DNA of 60,915 nt, the filler included, from Sphacelaria rigidula (taxonomy: Eukaryota): assembly GCA_964200075.2 (NCBI GenBank). It is 10 parts of 10 records of this genome, joined end to end, with 100 filler letters (N's around TTAATTAATTAA, not from the genome) between each part and the next. Parts side by side here need not be neighbours in the genome. Positions count along the whole stretch, not along the records: positions 1 to 6,002 come from CAXNAA020022878.1; positions 6,103 to 12,104 come from CAXNAA020022879.1; 8 more parts are not named here. The stretch is one strand, 5' to 3'. A program made the position numbers and the translations under genes. Position 1 is the first letter of the stretch, and every line of letters starts with the position of its first letter. Below are positions 1 to 9,562 of this stretch, one piece after another. Under the pieces are notes generated by a model. The model was not told where the DNA came from, made no database searches, and was given only the letters and a program-made list of their open reading frames with translations.

Positions 1-1519
1 GGTACGTGTTTAATGTTTACGGCCAGTCCAGAGCTCGAAGGGGAATGTGTCAGACGATAGCATGGCGTCAGGTCGTCGGGTAGGGTACGATTGCGCAAGA
101 GTGTGCGTGAAACGTACTATCTCTGGGACCAAGATTTGTACAATTATGTTACCTTTTCAGCAGCCGTCCCCCTAGGTTCTCGAATCCTGTGAAACTGTAG
201 ACATAATCATGGCGAAAATAAAATAGGCAAGGCATGCTGAGTAAAAATATAATAATGAGGTACGTTGTACAAAATATACCGAGACAAGGCACAGAAATGA
301 CAAGAAACATGCCCTCACACGCATGAGGCGACTAGAATGCTACGCTCCTGGACAAACTGTCCAAGGTACCTGGTGATTTTAGAAACGAACGTAGTTTTTC
401 GATTGTATGGACGTGGCGTCTGAGTAATTGCGTTACATTTGGAGGGCTTGGCAAATTTTACCGAACACAAAATCGTGCAGTCGACAAACTTTGCCGGGGA
501 GCGTTGGGTGAGCAACACCTTGGTCAAGAAGCTTGTGCATTTCTTTTCTGATCATACAGCGTTCTCATGGTGGGAAACCGCGTTGTTTTGTGGCAAAGGG
601 TGTGAACGCGAGACAACAACCCGCTAAAAATATGGAACTCGTGCTTCGCCCCCCAAAGGGGGTCCAGCGACCATGTCAGCGACATAAGTGTCTGAAAACT
701 ATATGTAGGGCCTGTAAGGACCGTCAAATATATATATATAGTCGCGCAATCAACTTGCATGGTAGGCTGGGCATGAAGGGCAAAAAGGCAAAAATAGGGA
801 AACTACATACGTCTGCGTACTGAATAAGTAATGACAAAGCAATCGGGGAGATGAGTGGCAGCATGATATCGAAAACCAAGTTTGAAGCAAAACCCGAGTT
901 CGATTCTCGGATTGGTCACGATGTCATGGTGTGATACTTACGACCTGGGTAGGAAGATGCCAGTTCAGTGGGCACCGGGGCTAGCAGGCCCAAACACAGT
1001 CTTTAGCATCGAAACCATTGAGTTCGATATTATCGAGTGCGAGTCAGCCACCGCACCAGTGGTCAGGTGGCATGTCATGAGCCGTGCAGGCTGCAGCACA
1101 ACATGTGTTGCATGAAGGTCAGGCTTACATTTTGTGAAGACCAGAGAATCCTCTGAGATAGCAGTCCCTGATGGCGTAGATGCTCTTGTATTATTGGCGT
1201 ACAGGCTAACTTGTGCTTTGCTAGTTGAGATGCATGGTCAAAACCGCTGTAACCCAAAGGGGGCAGGCAGCTCGATTCAATCAAACAATGTAGTATGACC
1301 CATCAGGTACCAAGCATGACAAAGTATGACAAATGGAACCCAGTCGACTGGAACATGACCAATAAATCTGTAACAAGTAGTTGTTGTGTGGTTCCTGGAT
1401 CTGTGTGTTGTGTTGCTCTGGTTGGCACGCATGATACATGGTGGTTTCTGCAAAGAAGCTGCTGAGTGAAATATTAGCATGCGTGTGTGATTGACGTGCA
1501 TGGTGTCTGATTAAGGGTC

Positions 1520-2965
1520 AGAGTGAGGCAATTTTCAACACATTGCTGTGTGCTGAATGAAATGAAGCTCCTATATTATTGTTCGCGCAAAAAAATGGAA
1601 TTATCTTTGTGCGGTTTGCAGAAACTGGCTGTAGGAGATGGTGATTGCTGCTGTTGGCGTGAAAATGAGCGGAAACTACGACATGCGTAGGCTTGTATGT
1701 GAACAAGTGTAACGTGAGTATTTCCAGAGGTCGACGATAAAATAAATCATGCGCGAATACAGTGATATTTTACTGTGGCACGTCTTTTGATGGCTTGTCA
1801 TGTGTTTGGACAAGCGCATGGATGGTGTTTCGAATCTGAAAAACGGAGAATGTGGATGGTATGCATTTGTCTGGAAGGAACGCCGCATATTTGTTTTGAG
1901 CTGGGTATGTTGGAACTGAGAAAACAGGTGCGGGCACGTTTGTTTGCAAAATACGGTATCACGCTTTGAGTGCGTGATATGATCGAATGCTACGGTTTGA
2001 AATGGTATTATCGTTAGCGCGTTTGCTTTTTTTGAGTATGCCACGACTGGAAATTGCCGTTGACTGAAGTATTGACTTCACTGAATTCGATTGAGACGTT
2101 GTGTTCAAGTGTCGTTGTTCAGCGTTTTGCAAATGATCATTTTCTCTGTGAACATGACATTGCATACAGTAGTGGGCGGTCTAACTGTTAAGGGGTGTTT
2201 AGGGCATTTCCTCGCGTACTACTCTTCGATAGAACTCGACACTGCTAGCGTCGGTAGATTCTGGTACAATGAACAGATCATTCTCGAAACACAGTGCCCA
2301 CGTTAGTGCCAGTTGGTGTTATCGGGCAAAACGAGTAAATACCCCGTATATCAGGAGGGTGTTATTGACTGTGAAACACAGTTTTTCGGCCCTAGTGCAA
2401 CTAGTAGGTAGAATTTCTGAAAAATGAAACTGCACATTTCTTCACAAATATGATCGGGGTAGGCTCGATCGACCGAAAATACAAAATAGTAGGAATCTGG
2501 GCTGAAACGTGTCAGGATCCCCGATGACCGGTCAGCCCTTACGTCACTCAGTTTTGAGTACAGATGTTTTTTTTTTCTTGGAATATGGAGCGAATACAAA
2601 AATATTCAGATCCCCGATGTGATGAGCGATGACAAGCGAAAAGAGTTTGAGAAAATCGCCAATTACGAGAATATTACAATAAGCCATAAAATGAATAGTT
2701 AGACCACCCACTACTGTAGAGATTTGTCACTAACAGGCGGACAAAGGTAGCATGAATGTGATTGTCGTTTGCCAAACTCGCTTTCTACTTCGAGTAGTGT
2801 GGAGTTTTGGGGGTGCTGTAGAGTAGTCCACCTCTAGTACACGTACAAATGCATGAGGAGCTGCAGGTTGATCCATGTAGGTTTGGATATGAACTTTGCA
2901 TCATGATGTTAGGTCATGAGATGTTCTCTGGAGTATGACCATGACTGCTTGACAGTATATGTGTT
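1520..2965 (+). repeat. Diverged direct repeat, copy 1 (copy 2 about 4850-5560)
   Basis: Collinear shared blocks such as TTGACTTCACTGA(A/G)TTCGATTGAGACGTTGT, CAGGCGGACAAAGGTAGCATGAA and AGTAGTGTGGAGTTTTGGG. Boundaries approximate. Confidence 0.8.
2167..2716. mobile_element. Tc1/mariner-type MITE (550 bp)
   Basis: TIRs CAGTAGTGGGCGGTCTAACT / AGTTAGACCACCCACTACTG (19/20 match), TA on both sides (2165-2166, 2717-2718). Absent from the paralogous repeat copy near 5320. Confidence 0.9.
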
Positions 2966-5900
2966 CAAGGAGGTGCAAGGTTACTTCCGATAACGAAGAC
3001 TGTGTGTTTGTGAACAACATCTATCTTGGAGTCTCCAAGCCCTACCTAGTGAGGGAGGAAGCCCTTGGAGCAGTCTTGTGATCTTGTTCTGGATCCAGAA
3101 GGTGTCTACAGGTCGCCTTTGTGTAGTGACAAAGCTCGTCCCGGTGTATGGGCGGAGTTGGTGTTACTGTAGTCGGGAGGCAGCTGGATTTTTTTACATG
3201 GCGAAGCTCAAAAAGAAGGAGGTGGCTTCGCAAGAAACGAAGAAACTGTCGATAGCGGCTTGCCGGCGCGCTGCGACTACGGTTTCAGGTCATAGGCATA
3301 GTAGCGCGCTCAACAAAAATGCAGTGGCCCCAGTCTGTTGGCACTGTTGGGACCGAGGGTGTCAAATGTGCGATGGCACTAGAGCACAGCGCGAGCCCGG
3401 AGCCCGAATCTGTTGGCACTATTGGGGTCGAGGTTGTCATATGTGAGATGCTCATGTCGATCCTACCTGCCACCGTGACACGGCGGGAGAAACTACTGCT
3501 CCGCAGGAATCTCTGCTTCAAGGAGAGGTGGATTCCAAGTTGGCGGATGTAGATCCGCGTTATCGAATTGCGGTCGATGACCAGCGTGTAGCTGAGAACA
3601 CGCCTTGCATCTCGAAGATGCAGGGGGGTGTTATTCGCGTCATGCGAAGAGCAATGCTTCGGTAGGAGTGCACTTTTTGCGCGAAATCTTGTCTGGTTCA
3701 GAGGCTCGTAACAAGTCTAGATGCCCAAGAATATGGGTCAGGGCATCCCCGTTTACAAATTTAATCGGGATACCTACAGCACATTGGGATATAGTAATCC
3801 TGGCGTTCTCTCACAAATTTGATAAGCCATGTTTTGATCGAGATCAAGGGCTCCTAACAAGTCTAACCTCAGAAACCAATTGTGCACCCCTCCCGTAGCA
3901 TCACTCCGAACGAGCAGAGCGAGCCTGGGGCTCGTCATGATTATGACAAATCTGTCTGCGCCAACAACATGGTGGGAGATGGTTCAGAAGATTCGCAGGG
4001 GTGTCTGCTTGAAGAAGAGCTGGATGCCGAGTTGGCGGAGTTGCTGCCGGAGCTGGGTGTAGCTGTGGACACGCCGTGCATGCTCGAAGTAGCAGGGGTA
4101 CTTGAGAAGGATGGTGTGATGCCATCGGGAGGTGTTACTGTGCGGGACTGTATGGCTGTTCCCGCTTTTACTTTTCGTTTCCTCTGAAGAAACGACTAAA
4201 GCACGAGCGTTTCTTAATGCTCAAGCATCTGTGGGGGCAGAGGATCCATCGCATTACTTTGGCGGTTAGAGTATACGGTTTGGTGACGGGCTGAGCGGCA
4301 CTGTTGGGGTGCTGGATGTGGCTGGACCGATGGTACCCGGAGCGAGTTTCGAATGGAAACGCTGGGCTTTAGTGTACATGATTTTGTAGTCCAACTGCTG
4401 CTGTAACTCGGGAGTGCGCTGGAGGACTACACGGAAGGCTTTACTTGAGGTGCTTTCTGGTGGTTAGCGCCGAGTTGGCTGACGCTGGGGAGCGAGTGCT
4501 GATGTGATTGAGTGCTTGTTGATATTGCGGTTGATAAAACACAAAATCACTCTGTTCTCGAATCGTTCGTGTACGATTGTAGTTTGTTGTGGTGTTGTCT
4601 GTAGTCCTGTTTATACTGCTATTTGCGCATGAGGCATGGCGTTCGAACGGGTATAACCGTATCGCGTATGCTGGGTGAAATGCCGGTGAGCACGTGCATT
4701 TTTTTGTATCGGTGCGTTGGATTTCTTTGATCAGCGCATGATGACGGTGTTTGAGACTGAGGTTTCAATGCATATGCTGGGGGAAATCCTGGCATTAATG
4801 TGTGGATTTTCGCCACACCATATATTGTTGTGCATGGTGTTAAGCGATCATTCATGTCGCAGCACTTTTCAAGTACTGTTAAACGCTGGATGAGGTACAT
4901 CAAATTGATTTCTATTTGCGAAATGCGGCGAATTTGCCGTTGTGTGGTATGCGCTACTGACTGTAAGAGCTGATAGTTGCTGTTGCTGGCGTGAACATGA
5001 AGGGAGACGCTCCCCAAATACATTGGTTCGTATGTGAACAGGTATAACGCGAGTATTCCCAGTGGAACACGTCGAAAATGGTGGGAATACTTGAAATTCC
5101 AAGTTCCCTGACCTTTGAGATTTTTGCGGGGGTGGAGTCCGCAGATTTGTTTCGCGCTGAGATTTGACGCCTGAAGGCAGGCTTTGTGTGAGTATACTAT
5201 AACTGGCAAGAACCATTGGATGTTTGACTTCACTGAGTTCGATTGAGACGTTGTCTTCAAGTGTGGGTGTTCAGGGTTGTGCAAATGGCCATTTCTTCTT
5301 GTAAAATATGATACTGCATGGTCGTGTGTCATGAGCAGGCGGACAAAGGTAGCATGAACGTGATTGTCGGCGTCTACTATTTGTCGAACCCACTTTCTGC
5401 TTCAAGTAGTGTGGAGTTTTGGGAGTGCTGTAAAGCAGTCTACCTCCAGTACACGTGCAGGTACATCATCAGCTTGATACAGTATGAGGTTACATGAGAC
5501 TTGGTCACGGGATATTCTCTGGAGTATGGCTTTGGCTGCTTGACATATGACGCGTGTATCGGGAGAAAAAACTTACTTCCAGTTCAACGACGACAGTTGT
5601 TTGTATATCTGCCCTGTTTTGAAGTCTCTGAAGCCCGGTTGGGAAGGAACCCTTTGGAGCAAGCACTGAGACGTTGTTCTGAACCCAGACAAGTCTATTG
5701 ATATCAAACATGCGTGGAGACCTTTTTGGCATGCGAAATGAAAAATCATGCCTCTGGTGGTGACTTAAGTGTTGCTGACGTGGCCCATATGGGGGCTGCG
5801 CCATAGACACTTTCTACGATAGCCCCCCCCCAAAAGTGGCTTGTCTCTGGAAGTGGCGATACCATAAAATAAAGCAACTCATTGTAGACTGTCATCCGAA

Positions 5901-6002
5901 TGCAAGATAATTAGTAGCAATCTTAGCAGGATGCTGCTCACCCTTCATGCAACTCGCCGAATACACCACGGCGCTTCGCGCTTGGTGATTGAGTGCGAGC
6001 CT

Positions 6003-6102
6003 NNNNNNNNNNNNNNNNNNNNNNNNNNNNNNNNNNNNNNNNNNNNTTAATTAATTAANNNNNNNNNNNNNNNNNNNNNNNNNNNNNNNNNNNNNNNNNN
6101 NN
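6003..6102. other. Artificial contig linker (44 N + TTAATTAATTAA + 44 N); identical linkers at 12105-12204, 18207-18306, 24309-24408, 30411-30510, 36512-36611, 42613-42712, 48714-48813, 54815-54914
   Basis: Nine identical 100-bp spacers with a six-frame stop core. The segments are 6002 bp (first five) then 6001 bp (last five), consistent with size-sorted contigs. Confidence 0.98.
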
Positions 6103-6353
6103 GCCTACACCCCCCACCAAAATCGTCTTTTTCTCTGATATCCCCCCCCCCCCCCCCCATAATCATGAGTACCCCCCCCCCCCCCCGCCCCCCGCCCAAA
6201 TGAAAAATCAGGGAAATTGACGGTTTCGGTCGGCGATCACCATCATACTGTAGCGCTTACACACCGCCACCTGCCTACGACGAGTGTCGACCGCCACGTC
6301 CATCATGGGCAGCAGCAACTACCTGTGCCGCAGTCAAGCCTGGGCAAGTAGTG

Positions 6354-7921
6354 CTAAAAAGCGGTCACCTCCGACTTCACGTTCGTCTCACCCTCGCACA
6401 CCAGTATGCCTGCGGTAGTCGTGCTACGGGGGACTTGCGCCGGGATTGGTCTACCAGTCGTACTGGCTAATTGAGCTCTTCTTGCAGTGCTGCTCTCCGA
6501 AGACATAGCCTGTTCGGGCTGCTCGATTTCGCCGGCGCGTGACCGCCTTAAATATCCATCATTGTCATTCCACTCTTGCGCAGCTATTTCCAGCTTCACT
6601 CTTTTCGACCGTCTCGCCGGTTTCTCAAAATGAAAAGCTGGTGGTCGTACGTTTTTTCTAGAGCGGACTTTCACCATCCCATCCTCGGCGTGCTGTGAGC
6701 AAAACTCCGCCTTCCTGCTCCCCGCCAACCCAAACGACGCCTGCCTGGAGCAGCCCTCTCTGGAGCACGTCTTGTACCTCACGTTCATCATCCCATCCTC
6801 GGCGTGCTGTGAGCAAAACTCCGCCTTCCTGCTCCCCGCCAACCCATATGAAGGCTGTTTAGAGCAGCCCTCTCTAGAGCATGTCTTGTACCTTACGTTC
6901 ACCATCCGATCCTCGGCGTGCTGTGCGCAAAACTCCGCCTTCCTGCTCCCCGCCAACCCATACGTCGCCTGCCCGGAGCAGCTGTCCCTGCAGCACCACT
7001 TCTTCCTCAAGTTGGCCATCCGATCCCCGGCGTGCTGTGAGCAAAACTCCGCCTTCCTGCTCCCCGCCAACCCAAACGACGCCTGCCTGGAGCAGCCCTG
7101 CCTGAAGCACGTCTTGATAGTTACGTTCACCATCCGATCCTCGGCGTGCTGTGAGCAAAACTCCGCCTTCCTGCTCCCCGCCAACCCATATGAAGGCTGT
7201 TTGGAGCAGCCCTCCCTGGAGCACGTCTTGTGAACTCTCACCATCCCGTCCTCGGCGTGCTGTGCGCAAAACTCCGCCTTCCTGCTCCCCGCCAACCCAA
7301 ACGACGCCTGCCTGGAGCAGACTTCCCAGGAGCACTTGTTGTGAACTCTCACCATTCCATTCTCGGAGTGCTGTGAGCAAAACTCCGCCTTCCTGCTCCC
7401 CGCCAACCCAAACAACGCCTGCCTGGAGCAGCCCTCCTTGGAGCACTTCTTGATGGTTACGTTCACCATCCGATCCCCGGCGTGCTGTGCGCAAAACTCC
7501 GCCTTCCTGCTCCCCGCCAACCCATAGGACGGCTGTTTGGAGCAGCCCTCCCTGCAGCACCACTTCTTCCTCAGGTTGGCCATCCGATCCCCGGCGTGTT
7601 GTGAGCAAAACTCCGTCTTCTTGCTCCCCGCCAACCCAAACAACGCCTGCCTGAAGCAGCCCTCCCCGGAGCACGTCTTGATAGTTACGTTCACCATTCG
7701 ATCCTCGGCGTGTTGTGAGCAAAACTCCGCCTTCCTGCTCCCCACCAACCCATAGGACGGCTGTTTGGAGCAGCCTTCCCTACCGCAAGTCTTCTGCACT
7801 ACGTTTACCCTCCCGTCCTCAGCTGTGAGCACAACTCTAGATTTCCACTGCCTTCCAAGCCGTGGGACGGCCGCTCCTGGCATCCCACATGAGAGCACGT
7901 CCTGTTCTTGCGGCCTAACAT
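6354..7921 (-). CDS. EsV-1-7 Cys/His repeat (putative zinc-finger) protein; 10 in-frame repeats plus one frameshifted N-terminal repeat
   Basis: ORF 6354-7898 has ten 37-38 aa repeats matching C-X4-C-X16-C-X2-H (e.g. CSREGCSKQPSYGLAGSRKAEFCSQHAEDRMVNV), the EsV-1-7 motif expanded in brown algae. An ATG at 7921 in another frame encodes a further repeat. First in-frame ATG of the long ORF is at 7883. Confidence 0.92.
6657..7790 (-). repeat. Coding tandem array of ten 111-114 bp units
   Basis: Near-invariant core CAAAACTCCGCCTTCCTGCTCCCCGCCAACCCA (+ strand) recurs every 111-114 bp. Confidence 0.95.
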
Positions 7922-9429
7922 CTCATTTCACCCAATCAGACATACGGTTACGTCTGCTGGAGGGGGTGAGGGCCGGGGCTGAAAACCTCGAGTCTGCAGT
8001 ACCCATCACATCGAGTCCAGGGCGGCCGTTTCAAATACGCTTACCGCCCAGTGCGATCTACTTCATCGGCTATTCTTTCGAATGCTCCACCTGACGTCAT
8101 TAAAGAAAAACACATGGCAGTGATTTAGGTGAGAGGGACACGTAGTCGCACGATGGCATCTGCCTCCACAAAACGGAGTTAGCTGCAAAGGGGATGCCGC
8201 TTAGCTTGCCAGTAAAGGAAGGAATGCGCTCGCCCGATTGTTTCGGAAAATGTGCACCAGATGTCATGCATGAAACACCAAATAATTCAGTCCAGCGTGA
8301 ACTTCAAATGCGCCCCCGGACGGGGACCAACAGCGTGTACGTGCAGCGCCTGCTCAAATATGGTTATTTTGTAACCGTTACAACGGCGGGTGTACAGAAA
8401 AACATGGGAAACGGGAACACGATCAGCGCCCGGGTCGCCTTGTGCACTGGTCGGCTGACAAGCGGTGCACCGGCGAGGCGTTACGAGACGAGGCGTTTCT
8501 CCGACGAAACTCTTGTTCACTGGTGCTGACCTTTCGACGGCTTCGACTGCTTTGCATTTATGTATCCCAAGGAATGTACGACGTCATACATATTTTGGGG
8601 CTCCATCGCGAGTACACGACGGTGTTACCACTTCCCCCCTACGTCGTTTCCATCTCGTGTATCGGGGGACAAAGCAGTCGTGGGTTTGTGCCCAATTATT
8701 TTTGGGTAGTCGGGCGTGTTGCTGACACACCGCTTTCCTCCCATTGGATAGATGCACACATGCATGCCTCTACCGGGGAAAAAGCCTCACGACGTTGCCA
8801 TCACCAAAAAGCCACACGCCACACGCGCAAGCAAAGCAAAGCAAAGCAAAGCAGCGCGGGGACAACTCAACTCCTGCGTATGGTTCTTCTAGACTAAAAT
8901 GACGGGAGCGTCCGAATAAACGGGAGCTTTAAGGAGAGGAGGGGGAGATGGAATAATGAGTAACCAGCTTGTATCGAACTGAAAAGGGCAGAAATGTGGC
9001 AGGACCCCCATCATCTCCCCTTGTTTTTATCTTTCTACTGACTGCTAACTCCAAAGCACCCTCCCTCCGAGGTGGGATGTGTTGTTATGTGGTGCACTTC
9101 ACGTTATGACTAGTATATTCGTACGCACAGCTGTCCCTCTAGAGGTACAAGGTTAAAGCCCTGCGATTCTTATAGCTTTGGCTTGTGATCGTGGCTCTCG
9201 AGCTTGGTTCCCCTCCTGTTTGGCCTCGCGTATGAAGTGAACCAATGAGCCCTGCCTCCAGTAGCCCGATGGTCGCATTTGACCTCGGAACTTCGAGGGT
9301 TAGCAGTAGTCCTTTGTCTTCCCTCTTTTTCTTCTCTGATGTTTTCATTTCACTTCTTTTTTATTTCGTTTGTACCGTGTCTGTGTAAATGGTTTCTGGG
9401 TCCAATCATATCATTTTTTTCTTTTACCT

Positions 9430-9562
9430 TAGCTCGGGGTTGTTAGCCTGTGACAACGGAAGGCGTCCGGATCAGATGCCCAGTACAGAGTACTGCGCAG
9501 ATATCGGGACGGCTTTTAATGTAAAGACGACAACAACAACAACGACAACGACAACAACGACA
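9430..9562 (+). mobile_element. 3' end of a non-LTR retroposon (LINE/SINE) with a (CAA)n-type tail
   Basis: GGAAGGCGTCCG..ATCAGATGCCCAGTACAGAG..CTGCGCAGATATCGG..TTTTAATGT(A/G)AAGAC then ACA repeats. Second copy at 28420-28573. Confidence 0.7.

Noticed and set aside
6047..6058. TTAATTAATTAA repeated every ~6.1 kb as a biological periodic motif
   Set aside because: Always embedded in N runs; it is an assembly linker. Adjacency across linkers carries no biological meaning.
6772..7755. Overlapping ORFs on the opposite strand and in other frames
   Set aside because: Shadows of the repetitive EsV-1-7 coding sequence.
6657..7790. CRISPR-like repeat-spacer array
   Set aside because: The intervening segments are homologous to each other and the array is in-frame coding sequence. 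No cas genes are present and the context is eukaryotic.
8092..8099. TGACGTCA bZIP/aureochrome-type site upstream of the EsV-1-7 gene
   Set aside because: A single 8-mer is expected by chance in 60 kb, and another occurs at 14081 inside a transposon.
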